The notes beneath the pieces are model-generated. The model saw only the letters and a list, made by a program, of their open reading frames with translations. It ran no database searches and was not told the origin of the DNA. DNA of 64,000 bases. Source: Eukaryota sp. GEM-RC1. Its lineage: Eukaryota. This document shows positions 49,896-62,641 of this stretch, one piece after another (position 1 is the stretch's first letter; every line of letters starts with the position of its first letter). The stretch lies in contig JAUFOQ010000016.1 of the NCBI GenBank assembly GCA_040285855.1, positions 3,410,001 to 3,474,000 of the forward strand. The letters run 5' to 3'. The position numbers and the translations under genes are program-made.

Positions 49896-52205
49896 TTAAA
49901 GGAAAAAGACGATCTTCCATTCAAAAACATCTTCAATTGATTGAAATTGATTGAGTAATTCTTGGAATGGTGGAAGAAGTTCAACGTTTTCTTGAAGAAA
50001 CTTACACACTTCGGGAATTTTTTGATGGAAGTTGTCAAACGTAGTATAATTGACATAAAAATCTAACAAATCTTGAAACAATTTTAAATTTTCTGACATG
50101 ACAGCAAATTTCAAAAGTTGCTGGAACCATAAAAAAGCAGTTTCCTTATCACCTGTGGAAAAATTTGAAAAAATCTGCAAAAAACAGTAATCAAGACTGT
50201 CCAATATTTCAAACTCTGCAGAATACTTTGAAAATTTCAAAGTTTCCGTGGCAGCTTGTCGAATTTTCAATAAACTGTCGATCCGTAAATCATCTTCAGA
50301 CTGGCTAAAAAAATTAGAAAATACGTGAAAATTGTCCGACATTTTTGACCAGTACTTGACATCAGAACAGTAAACGAATTTTTCAAAATTTGACAAAGAT
50401 ACTATATAGTTTTCGTTCTGAAAAGTGACTGAAACTACAGAAGCGGATGGTCTAGTAGATAAAAGACTAGAAATTTCAACATTTTGCACAATTTTCAGAT
50501 TATTCAAATCTAAATGAAACAAACGCAGATCTGAAGTGACTGCAAAAACCTGGAAAATTTCAAAAAATGAAATATAATTCACCCCAGAAGTTTGCAAAAT
50601 AGGAATAAAGACCCTACATCCACTGGAAAATTTAAATATGTTCAAAGTTCCATCATCAAGAGCCAAAACAATAAAATTGTCGTTACATCTCAGTAGCACT
50701 GGAGATCCAGGTAACAAATATTTCCACATTTTTTGATTTTGAGATTTTTGGACTGATTTTAGAAGGGTGTGACTAGTATCTACAGATTCTGCAGTAACAC
50801 AGTAATCACCGACTTCAAAAGAAAGTAAACGTTGACTTTGTAAACTTGAAATAGTTGAATTAATCAAATTCCTGGGTTTTGGTACCTCCATTCTTTGTAA
50901 AAGAACATTAGACCTCTCAGGTGAGCCCTTTTGAACATCTGATTGACTCAAAATTTTAATTTTTCCATTTCGTTTAGACTTGATACTTGACAAACTCAAG
51001 GAATTAACTTGCCCTGAAGAGCTAGATTGACCTTGAGCTCCATTACTGAATGTTACTATTTTTGGAAACACTTCAACATCAACAGAAAATGCCAAATCTT
51101 CAGAGGTCTGTGGAATAGGCCAGAATTCCACGTCATCAAAGGCAATCACTCCAACGTGACCAACAGAAGAACAAAAAGAAAGTGCCATTCCATTGGTAGA
51201 CCATGATAGGTCTGATACGTACGTTAACTTTTCCATGATTAAAATAGGTTTTGGTTGATCTACTCTGCAGATAATGATCTCAGTGAACCTAGTGGCAACG
51301 GCAAACACCGCGACATTTTGAGTGTCTGGGAAATTAAATAGAACAGGCGCAAATACAACAGAACAAACAGGCGAAGTTACTCCATACCACATGAATTTTT
51401 CAAAATTTTGTAAATTAATTAAAACCATTGAATGTGCTTCCTTATATGAATTTCCAAGAATCAAAAACTTATTATCAGGAGAAAATGAATGGTGTAGAGA
51501 TTCAACGGCGTTAGGAGTATGTTTACCATTGATAACGAAGGGAATTTCAACCGAGGATATCGAGTTTCAGTGAAATATTGGATTTATCCAATATTTGGGA
51601 AAATTTAAAAATGTTTGCAGAAGAAAGTTCATCAGACTGTACAGACAAGTACTCAGAAGAGACAGAAATTGACTTAGAAGGACCATTGACTCCTTGGAAA
51701 GTATTCACAATATCACGTGTGTTGACGTCATACATCGTCACTACACCTGACAGTGACAGACTAACAACGTATCTTGCACAGGGAGACCAGCACAGATCAA
51801 CAGTGTTGTGGATATCAGAAGTAGAGGAAATAGAGGAAACTGGAAGAGCAACAGGTTTGGAAAAGAACATGCCATCAGGAGATTTAGTTAGGATGGAAAC
51901 TCCAGACTCCAAGCCGACAGCGAGGAATCTTGTATCTGGAGAGAAACGCACTCTGTTAACTTGAGAACGGACATGGCAGGGAAGAACTCCTTTTGAGGGA
52001 ATTGAATTCTAGAAGTGGCATTGACAGCAGTGGAGGGAACAGATATGTTAGAATCAGTTGGTATATCCAGGAGAAGGTCCGAAACTAAGCCAATAAGAAT
52101 ATGTGTATGACAACCAAGACAAAAATGCTGTTTGGATGAGCAAATGTCAATTGAAGAGTATGTATAGGATCCAACAAGCCACTCTGGTTTGAAGATCTTG
52201 AGCAT
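49896..52205 (-). CDS. HIRA: HIRA/Hir1 histone chaperone (WD40 + HIRA domain; two frameshifts)
   Basis: MLKIFKPEWL start, VRFSPD, DLCWSP, DLSWSTNG; C-terminal block LALDDGTLNIF..GCRVFIPI..WSKMSD. Confidence 0.75.
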
Positions 52206-52272
52206 TTAGGAGAAATGGAGTTGTTCGTTGGTTGTTGTGAAGAGAAGATTTCCTAGGTCTATTACTACTATC

Positions 52273-53203
52273 ATGAACAACTCCCTTCATGCTCAGTTTC
52301 TTCACTTGAAATCGCGGTCACCGCCCCAACTCTCTTGTTTGGACCCGTATTTCCGCAATCTAAACCGTTTCGGAAACGTGATTCCTACCCCAGAATTCCT
52401 AGTCACTCTTCAACATCCACCGGAGTATATCAATGCGTCAATTTTATGCAATGGATCTTATATCGCCACCCAAGCGCCTTTGAGAAACTCTTTTGCTTCT
52501 TTCTGGCAAATGATTTTCGAGAAAAAATGCCCACTTGTGTGTGCTTTAACTCCTCTTTCTGTCATGGACACCTATTACCCCACAGAAGTAGGATCCACCC
52601 TCTCATTTGGTTTCTTTAACGTCACTTTAAATTTCGAACAAATTTTTCAAGACTGCAAAACTGTTTGTAGATCTTTCACAGTATCACCCAGCTATTCAAC
52701 TTCTTGCTCTGAGGCTCAACCCTCTTCTCCATGTACTCCTGGAGTATTAACTCTTTGTAATTCCTACTCTTCCAATGTACACCATTGTATACACTTACAA
52801 TACCTGGACTGGCCCGATGGTGGTATTCCGACTTCTTTTCAGTCGTGTTGCTCTTTTCTTTCCCTAATATCTGATCATTGTGGTGGTTTCCAATAGCCAA
52901 GAAGAAGAAGATGCGTTTATGGTTGACCTTCCCCCTGTTGTTGTTCATTGGTTTGTATTTTAAATTATTTAAATTTCTAACTTTAGTCTAGCAGGAGTTG
53001 GAAGGACGGGCACTTTGATTTGTCTGCTTGAGATGCTCAAATTTAAGTTTTTAAACAAACTTGAAAGTTTTAATATTGATTACTTTATCTTGGAAATGAG
53101 AAATTGTCGAGCTTTTTGTATGGTTGATTCTTTTGATCAGTACTGTTTTCTTCACCAATTTAAGGACTTTTTAAGTCAAAATTCGGCGGTTTTCGATACT
53201 TAA
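52273..53203 (+). CDS. Classical protein tyrosine phosphatase, two exons (plus a 1-nt frameshift near 52891)
   Basis: NRFGNV, YINAS, YIATQAP, FWQMI, WPDGGIP; splicing out 52951-52986 creates VHCLAGVGRTGT; Q-loop MVDSFDQY. Confidence 0.9.
52951..52986 (+). other. 36-nt spliceosomal intron
   Basis: GTTTGT 5' site, TTCTAAC branch point, TTTAG 3' site; contains an in-frame TAA; removal restores the PTP signature. Confidence 0.92.
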
Positions 53204-53991
53204 ATTTAGGGGCCCGTATTTTACTCTCAGTCCGTCCATCCACTGCTGGCCAGCCGGCTTTGCCCAACTTTAGTTCTGGGCCTGCCTAAGCTTAAGCCCG
53301 GCTTATAAGCTGGTCTAATAACTCAACTTATTACATTTGAGTAACTACTTGTTTAAACTGTGTAAATCGTTCGTGTATTTGGTTTCTTGTTGGTTGTTTA
53401 TATTCATAAACTCTGTTTTTAATTGACTTAAATAATAATTTCATACGGATACTAATTTATTGTAGAATTTTTTATTTATTCTAAATGTAATAGACAATAA
53501 CACTACAGTGTACTTACATCTAATAATCAATATCCTCAAAGTCCAGATTGCCTAACTGGAAAAATTTATTGTAGAAACTTGTTTGTTGCAACTTATTGTT
53601 GCAAATGTAATTTACGATTAGTTGGTATTTCATAATCATATAGAAAACTTTCTCTGATATAAAATCTTGAACAACTAAACACAATTTTTTTGTAAAGTAA
53701 ATTATTGAAATGAACACTGATACGAGATAGATTGAATTTTGCTATTTCATTGCAATGGGTGTAAATCAAATACAATAAAGTATCAGTCAACATTATATAA
53801 AAAAAAAATAATCATTATCAAAAACTACAATGTTATAATACAGATAATATATAATAATATTAATCGCTTGCCGAAAGTGTTGTACTAGATCTTCCGGAAA
53901 GAGGAGGAGCTGAAGCAGACGGACAGAACCAGATTGTGATTTGGTGTACAGATTCTATATTAGAATCTGTACACCGAATTTTAATTACTAG

Positions 53992-54480
53992 TAGTCTCAC
54001 TGAGACTAATTATTTCACACTTGTATTAGTCTCAGTAAATTTTTACAAAATGACATCATTTTTCTTTCAAACACCTTCCCCTTCTTCAAGTTACAAATCT
54101 CTTTAACAAATAAACTCTGTCCTTGATATATCTGTGTTTCTTCACGATTTCTTGAAGATCAACGGTCAACTTATATTAAACCAAACTCCCAGTTTCATCT
54201 CCAAATGGATCTTGGAAACTACTCGGAGGCCTAAAGCTACGAATGAAGTTATTCAAATTGATTTTGAGTGGTTAGATGAGAATCATATGGTTAAGAATGT
54301 TTTAATTTGATCCCATCAGTATAAAAGTTCTTCTAACTGTAAAAGCTCATTCAGTCATTTGTATTGTTGTTACTCCTTTCTCGTTAAAATTTGACAAAAA
54401 AAGTATTATTTTAGAGATCAAAATTGAAACTCTCATATCGGAATTAGTCTCACTGAGACTATTTTCTAGTGAGACTAATT
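53992..54480. mobile_element. MITE-like element with TAGTCTCACTGAGACTA palindromes at both ends
   Basis: Palindrome at ~53992 and ~54445 with extra TGAGACTAAT half-sites; the same motif occurs at 43501 and 43553. Confidence 0.5.
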
Positions 54481-54930
54481 GAAACAATCGGCGTAGAGGA
54501 TATTATTTCTATTTGGTAAGAATCATTAGGTGAGGACATTCTTAATTTGACTTGCATTCTAATTATCGTTTTATTTCGATCATTTTCAACTAATTCCACT
54601 TGATTTCAGCGCTGTATGGATTAATCGAATTATGTTCTCTCTTTATAGAAGCATTCCCAAGTATTTATGTTCCATTTATTCGAAGTTGTATAGGGACAAT
54701 TCTCGGGTTGATGTGGAGAATTTAACTTCTTTCATTTTCTGAATTAGTATGTATTAATTTATTGTTGCAAATAAACTCTTATATATGATTTCAAAATAAA
54801 GTGTTGAAAAAAACGAATTTTAATAAATTGATTAGTTCAATTCTCATATAGAGAGATGTTTATTCGGCACCCAATAAGGTAACCTTTCTACAAACTATGA
54901 AATTGTAAAAACAAACAAATAATACTAAGA

Positions 54931-57900
54931 TTAAATCCAAACGACTTCATCACCACCCGGTAAAAGATTACGTTTATCTACATGAACCTTCACACCAAAC
55001 TTGTACAATTTCTCAATTAATCTAGAGAAATAGAAAGGCATATTCCGATATATGGAAAACACTATACGGTTTTTCCATTCAGCCATTCTAAACTTACGCT
55101 TCTTTTCTTTACACAATTCTTCGAAATCCTTGAAAAATTGATCACCAGCAGGACTAATAGATCCAAAAGAGAAACAGCAAAAGGTTGAAACACAAATTTG
55201 GAATATGAGTTTCTATTTAATTCTTCTACTTGAGAGTCATACTTGGTGTGTTTGAGCTTTTCAGCTGCTGTTAATGGATTAAAAGAAGAATCTAATATCC
55301 TACTAACACAAGATTTGTTACATACATCTACTGTAGTAAAATCCATTAATGCTTGACTCGATTTAAGCCACGGAGTATGTAGATCCCCTCGTTTTTGATC
55401 AGTAAATTCATTTTCTGAAAGATGATTCAAAACTGGTTCAACTTTAGAGTGAAAACCATGTGCTTTAAACATGGAATAACAAGAATCACGTACACCATCA
55501 TGAATTACTGCACGGAGATGAATAAAATAACGACAATTAATTAAATGACGAAAAACACCATTAGCTCCACAAGAGCACGTTGAATAGTTTAATAAATTTG
55601 CAGGCCAAATAGCCAAACGAAGACGCATATTGATCATCCAAGCTTCATCAGATAGATGTAATCCATACACCTTTGGAATTTGAGAAATAAATCCAGAAGG
55701 TCCACTATTACAAAGATCGATTAAAAAAGCAGCGAACTCGGGACTATTAGTTTTAGCCAAGCTAATACGATTATTAAAGTCCAAGAGTTCAAACTCCTTG
55801 TCAATTTATTTTGCAGCTTACATACAGCAGATGGTAGAGATGAAATATTTTTTAAAGGAGTCTCCTTCAAATGAGCAGGGAACAAAGATTCCCACATTTC
55901 AGGAGACAAAGATGATAACAAATCTTTAGCAGATTGAATCCAACGGCAATTACTGGAATTCAACAGATTGATTCCATCCAAGGGAAACCGTTTCAAAAAT
56001 TCAAACATAAAATTCTTAACACCTCCTAAAAGAGCAGATTTTCTAATGATTTTTGCATGGGTGAAACCTACTCCTGCGAATTCAGAAGAATAAAAAGCAT
56101 GAAATGGAATCTTAGACTCATCAATTTCAGCCAAGTTAGAGAGAAAATTTGTTCTAATAGAATTAAATTTCTTGGCAAATGTTTCAGTAAGGGAATAGTC
56201 TAATGAACGTAAAAAATGATTAATTTTCCCGGAAAAACAGACCTGAAGCATAGCAAAGGAAACATGTTTGCTCACATCTAAAGATAATATTTGATTTAGT
56301 TTTTCTTCAATTGTAGTTAATGAACTCTCCAATTCTGAATGAATTTTCTCAAAATTTCCCAAAAACGTGCCAAGGAAACGAAAACATTGAGTAGAATAAT
56401 CGATGATAGGAATATTACAAAAACCAAGATTAGAAACATTCGAAGACTTAACAACAAGAAAACACTTATCAAAATTGATTGTTAAACCAATACTCAAAGA
56501 AAGTTCGATGAAACGTGAAAAACACTTTTTGAGAACGTCAACTGGAGCGATCAGCGAAGAATCATCAGCATAAGCACAAATTTTAACAGTTGGAAATTCT
56601 AATTGTAAGATTTTAAATAATTTTTGCAGAGCGAGACAAAACAAAAAAGGACCCAAAGGATCACCTTGCTTAACCCCTCTAGTTGATTTAATATCAAACT
56701 TGTCATAAATTAAATTCGACGCTTTACCATAAAAAATATTAAAATAGGGAATCAACTGAGGAAAAAATTTAGAAAGTTCGTCAGATATAGTTGATCTTAA
56801 AACACAATTAAATGCATTTTTAAAATCAATGTTCAAAATGGCATTTTCCTCATTTGAATGAAAAAGAAAATCAGAGGTTAAAGCAGCACACGTAGTACCA
56901 TCAGGAACTCCAACTGCAAATTGAAACGGTCTAAAGAATTCAACAGAGGAATCTCTGACTCTCCTAAAGCACAAAGTTGAAAAAATACGAGAAATTGTTT
57001 CACCCACTGCAATTGGTCTCACACCTCCATTTGGTTTGCTTAAAGCCACTAATCTAGAAGAGCAAAGAGCATGAGGTAATTTCTTTGTGCCTAATAAAAC
57101 TTCATTAAAGAAAACAGCAAGATCTTCACAAATTTCAGGAACAGCATTAACGGCAATTTTAAAATGATCAAAACTCATACCAGAAGGACCAGCAGCACGA
57201 CCAGAAGGGGATGACGAAATTAATTGTAAAATTTCATCAACTAAAACAGGTTTGTTAGTCCAGTACGACATGGAAAGTTCACCAAAAACCGGATTGCCTG
57301 AAAATTCTTCAACAGGGTAATTTTTTCAGTTTTTCAACAGTTTCAACAGAAACTTCAGCTGGAAGTGTGTGATTAAGGGAGGACAAAGCAGAAGAAAACT
57401 GACCTTGTAAAACAAGATTTTGAAATCTTTTAGCAATAAACTTATCACTAACTTGAGACTTAAGAACAGGTTTAATTTTTCTATTGGACTTCTTAACAAT
57501 TGACAACATATATCGCCAAAAGGTGCGGGATTCCAAATTCCACCACGTAAAATTTGTGTCACACTTCTAAGAGCAGTCCCGACATTAACGGCCGCCATTG
57601 GAGATATCATGATAGGAATTCTAAATTGTGGACGACATACATCAATAGGTGAACAATCAAAACACACAAGAAGTGGACGATTGGATTTATTTTTCCCAGA
57701 AACAGATTTAGCACAAAAAAGACAGGTCAATGAAATTGATGAATTAATTTTAGGCTCACAAACAGTCTCTTGGAAATCAAGAACAGACTGTTTAGACTCA
57801 ACAGACAAAACAACTTCGGCAATCTTGGCATCATCTGAAGCAGACTTCCTAGTAGGGCAATTACGTCGATCATGACCACCCAGTTTGCACACACCACACT

Positions 57901-58695
57901 TTCTACTAGACTCATGCATCGATTCAGCAACAACTGGCCGAGAAATACAAGTATTATCTGACGATGTAAGACCAACCAAAGGAATACAAGCAGAAAAATT
58001 CGGAGCAATTGCCTCATTCAAAACATTCTGAACTAATGGACTTATGGAGAAGGAAGATTTAACAGAAAAAATAGCTGTACTTCCATCAAAAACAGAAGAT
58101 ACAACCTTAGAAGGAGGAGAAGTAGAACGAAGAGAAGAAGATTGATTGGATGAAGAAAAAATAGCTGTACTTCCATCAAAAACAGAAGTTACAACCTTAG
58201 AAGGAGGAGAAGTAGAACGAAGAGAAGAAGATTGATTGGATGAAGAAAAAATAGCTGTACTTCCATCAAAAACAGAAGTTACAACCTTAGAAGGAGGAGA
58301 AGTAGAACGAAGAGAAGAAGATTGATTGGATGAAGAAAAAGAAGAAAAAGACGGGTTTCGAGCTAAGTACTTAAGAGAAGAGACAGAACAACTTCCATCA
58401 AAGACAGAAGAAACAGCTTTAAGAGGAGAAGAAGCAGAACGAACTGAAGAAGGTTGGTTGGAGGCAAAGACAGAAGAATGAGATGACTTACGAACTAAAC
58501 GATTTGAAAGCCGAGCATACCCCCGAACAGGAGCAGCAAGAGGAGGAGTAGTAATAGAGGAAGAAGAAGTACCTGCCAGTTTTTTAGCCAGATGATATGG
58601 TAATTTGGACTTACCCTTCACAACACCAGAGTCAGAAGACTCACGGTTAGAAGAGAAAGACTGCCAGACAATCTGGCAGAATTTCTTAAAGACAT
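54931..58695 (-). mobile_element. Near full-length non-LTR retrotransposon, CRE/NeSL-like (zinc knuckle, RT, RLE); about five frameshifts
   Basis: CGVCKLGGHDRRNC; AAGPSG, RPIAVGE, DFKNAFN, GVKQGDPLGP, YADD, FLG; C.C...HLINC, HDGVRD, RGDL..DFTTVD..AEKLKHTKY. Confidence 0.92.
58064..58340 (-). repeat. 90-bp coding tandem repeat x3 (30-aa Ser-rich unit)
   Basis: ATAGCTGTAC at 58071, 58161 and 58251; unit FSSSNQSSSLRSTSPPSKVVTSVFDGSTAI. Confidence 0.95.
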
Positions 58696-59131
58696 GAAGG
58701 CAAAAAAAAAGATTCTCATATAGTGTTTTTTTTAAAGAAGTAGAAGAACTCTAGTATGTATTAATTTACAAAAATAGCTCGCCCGAACCAAAAGGTCATG
58801 CTGGAGCCTTCTCTACTCAGCGTATGTCAGATCAGCAGTGCTTCCACTCCTAACATTCAATCCCTAATGATGAAAATTCTTAATCTTCTGTGCCAAACTG
58901 GCTGTATTTACGATTCCGAATTGCTAGAAATCGGTCTGTCGGCAGCTGACATTCTGAAAGTTGCTGAATGTAATTTTTCAACTAAACTTTTTTTGTGGGT
59001 CTAAAAGGACATCATCCGTTTTGGATGATTATTCTCTAAATTTTTCAAACAACAATGGTGCTAATAGTAATTGTCAGCACTACAGTACAATCCACCCACA
59101 ATTTCTCCCAAAAATCTTATAAAGACTTTTA

Positions 59132-59710
59132 GTGAGTTTGCAGCGATGTCTTTCAAGACAGCACGAATTCTTGCAACAATTTCCAAATCTGTTGTCATCA
59201 ATTTCCTTCGATGACAACACGTTGAAGTTCCTCGACGCAGTCAAAGGTAGAAATCAGACAAACGCAGACGAACTTTGGTATCAACTTGCTGAACCAACTG
59301 TAGGAACACAAGGTTATGTGTATGTGGTTCGAGTTGATGACCAGTACTATTGTGGCATCTCGATTACCACAATTCGACATGGATGTCGATTAACTGTACA
59401 TCTTTTGTGTGGAGAAAATCTAAAACTGGAAGCAAACGATTTCCAAAGGGCTCTTTTTGCATGTAAATCTTACAAAAGTATCGATACCAATTTTCGGCTT
59501 TTGTTCACTTTGTCTGAGTTTGACTTGGACAAGCTAACTCATGAAAAACAAGTTACACTGCTTCGGACTATCGAAATACATTTTATTCGGGAGGGAAACT
59601 TTTACGCCTCTGACAGAATGGTTCTCAATAATACTATGGGGGAGAATAGTTCGAATTCAATGACGATCATCGGTCAAGTACAAAAAGCATATACAAATAC
59701 AAAACAATAG
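59132..59710 (+). CDS. GIY-YIG-like endonuclease ORF (start uncertain; possibly a pseudogene)
   Basis: GYVYVV..QYYCGIS..R(H)..IEIHFI..VLNN follows the GIY-YIG/Arg/Glu/Asn motif order. Confidence 0.55.
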   Translation: MSLQRCLSRQHEFLQQFPNLLSSISFDDNTLKFLDAVKGRNQTNADELWYQLAEPTVGTQGYVYVVRVDDQYYCGISITTIRHGCRLTVHLLCGENLKLEANDFQRALFACKSYKSIDTNFRLLFTLSEFDLDKLTHEKQVTLLRTIEIHFIREGNFYASDRMVLNNTMGENSSNSMTIIGQVQKAYTNTKQ

Positions 59711-61204
59711 AAAGGTAATGATGCTGTAATATCTGTATTTTCAGTATTGAACATAGACAAAAGTAAAGTTCAATGATCGACTAATTAGATCCGATTTTTA
59801 TTGACACACAAGTTAAACTGTAGTACATTCAGTAAATTCCACTTCCATTGCAAGTTGTGAAGGAAGAAAACTGTGGAAAAATTTTCTAGAATCACTATCA
59901 GCAAAGTTTACAAACAGGATATGTATGCTGAGAACCTTTCTTATGGCCTGTAAAATATCACAAATTAAGAAGAAAGGTCCCCCTAAATCACAAAAAATGA
60001 TTATTTACTTGTGCAATGTGTAGCTTTTGTATATGGGAAAAGGAAATTATTAATCTGTTATTAATTAACACTAATCAAAATTTTCTTACTAAAAAGAATA
60101 ATTTAAAAACAATAAAATATATTATGTTATCACATATGGTGGAAATTACTTCCACCATGAAGGACAATGATGTATAAATAAAAGGACTTACATCAGAGCA
60201 CTTCAAGAACTAGAAGACAAGAGATCACGTGGTGAGATCTCACCTACCGGTGGATAACAAGAGCTATTAATTCTTTAATAAGATCGGATTTGCAACAAAC
60301 GAATGAACACAACAAGAAGTAGTGACGCAAGAAAGTTGTACCGGGGAAGCATTTGAAGGTTTTGACAGAGAGTAAGGTAATCAATAGCTGAAACATAAAG
60401 TTCCTTAAAACGATGGTACGCAGATTTCTTCAAACATCTACAGTGTATTTACAGCCAATGAAATTATCTTTGATGGTTATTCATAGTAACATGCATTGTG
60501 TGCTGTACTTTGTGTGAATCGAATAATTTGGACGTGGTTTTAATTAGATTAGCACCTGGAACAGTGGTTCATGAACTGAACATGGGCACTGTTCATTCAC
60601 GTATATAGCGAGAACAAAGATCTAACTAACGGTAGATACAAAGATACAAAATGTGACGTTCGTGACGCAACAAGCATAGAACATGTGAAGAGTAGGGGCT
60701 TGCGCAGGAGTATAAATATCGACTATCTCGATCGTCAAACTGTGACATAAATGTGTCATGAAGACAGGAATGCTGTGAAATCCGAAGATATCAAGGAGTA
60801 TAGTGGACGGAGTCTATGAAGAATCCACAGCATCAGTATGATAAAGCCATGAATACGTCTGAACAGCGCGTACTTCTGTATCTTCACTCGCGTGATGTGT
60901 AAGAGTTAAGAGAACTACGTCAGGATCGCAGAGAAGGTCTAAAGATCGAGTCATGCAGAAAATGATCGACTTGACTCCGACTTGACTTGAGTCGAAGTTC
61001 AAGTTGACTCGAGTCCAAGTCCAAGTTGGCTTGGATTTTCGGATCCCAAGTCAAGTCCAAGTCAAGTCGACTTGGCACTCTTTGTGCCACATGTCTGTGA
61101 TGTTCTAGAATTCCTTTCGAAAGCTAGTTTCTGTTAGTGTATTGGCGTATTAGCCTTGTTTATACCCCTATAAATTTGCTTTTATCTTACATCATGGTTC
61201 CTAA

Positions 61205-61345
61205 GACCAACATTTCATTGGAACACTTGACCTTCCTAAAGCAGTCTGACAACTAAATGTAGCTGAAGAAGATGTTGAAAAGACCACTGTGTCTATACCT
61301 GGAGTGTTAAATTAGCTTCAAACGAGCAATGGATTACGGAATTGT
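61205..61345 (+). pseudogene. Ty3/gypsy RT relic
   Basis: FIGTLDLPKAV*QLNVAEEDVEKTTVSIPG versus FIATLDLPKAFWQL..KTTLSIPG at ~38930. Confidence 0.75.
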
Positions 61346-61928
61346 AGGTTCACCACTTCTAAACATCCCATAAGATTCTGTGCAGAAAATTTCGCAACAA
61401 AACCCGTAGCATTGATGAGAACAAAAGAATGAAATGGAACTGTAAAAGTGTGACTTTCACAAGGTCATATTTCATCTCAAATCTGTTGACGTTATGTTAG
61501 TTTAGTTGTACAAGTAAGATGAAAAAAACGCCTTATATTTACTCATACAAATACAACTATCATCAATATTAACAAAGGAGATACCAATACCTCAATAATA
61601 AGTAATATGTGTTCTAACAAAATTGACTTTACAGACTGAGTATTCTGCTCTATTCTGTGTTTTTCAAGTCCAATTCAAGTTCGACTCGAGTCCAAGTCAA
61701 GTTCAAGTCCAAGTTGAAAAATTTTTAAAGTCCAAGTCTAGGCCAAGTCAAGTTTTGCCCAACTCTAGTGTGAAATAATACAATGTGGGACAATACCTGT
61801 AGACACTCCAATCAAAACTGATTAAAACTGAATAACATCGAGACAATCAAATGAGACAATCGTTGTTCAGTGAAGAACTGTTTGAGGAGAGGAAGTTATG
61901 GAATTTTCTAGTCTACCTGCATTCTCAC

Positions 61929-62230
61929 ATGGTTCCAAGAACAATCCATCGTTGCAAGCACTGTGGTGCAGTATTTGCAACCGCCTCAGGAATGTTTTGT
62001 CACGTTAATGCCAAAAATACCACTAAGTACCAATGTGATGTATGTCAGATGGTATGTCTTTCATCTACTAATTCAAGACTTGTGGATCGGCTTACGAACT
62101 GAAACAACACAAACTCATCCATACTCCCAATGAGCATGAATGTGTGCACTGTTTGAGAGACCTAAGTACAAAAGGAAATCTTACGCACCATCTCAAAATA
62201 TGCAAGGCAAAGAATGAGATGCAAGAAGAT
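61929..62230 (+). pseudogene. Decayed C2H2-type zinc-finger array
   Basis: CKHCGAVF..MFCHV, YQCDVC, CVHCLRDLSTKGNLTHHLKIC across broken frames. Confidence 0.5.
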
Positions 62231-62641
62231 GTGTACAAGTGTGGTGTTCCAGGATGTGCACAAACAACCATTCGTATTGTTCTTCCTTATGCTAATTCCA
62301 GGTCTTAGTGGTATGTGGGACCACCTCAATTTCAAGAAAACAGTATTTCTTTGTATTGTGCTTGATGACGTCACCCATTCTTACAATGAGAATGGTGTGG
62401 AGACTCTTGACTGTGGATCTTTTGTTGTCAATATAATATCGGCCTCCACAAGTGCAAGTTTGTAACTCACAGACATCCAATCAAGATATAAGGTAGTATC
62501 TTCCACAACAAAACCAGATTCATCGATGATGTCAGAATCAAAGCTGTTCTTGAAATTCCTTTTTGTAATTGGGGAAAGCAAATTTTTTTACTAAAAAGAC
62601 TAATCAAAATTTTCTTACTTAAAAGACTAATTTAAAAAATT

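Noticed and set aside
21372..52900. Frequent frameshifts in conserved host genes as programmed (Euplotes-like) frameshifting or pseudogenisation
   Set aside because: The shifts I checked go in both directions and sit in homopolymers (ACCTTTTGA, AGAAAAATC), and near-identical array copies differ in the same way. Long-read indel error is more likely.
53864..53925. U2 snRNA or SRP RNA
   Set aside because: An ATCGCTT start and GGAAAG..AAGCAG are suggestive, but the GTGTAGTA branch-pairing sequence and a proper SRP helix 8 are absent.
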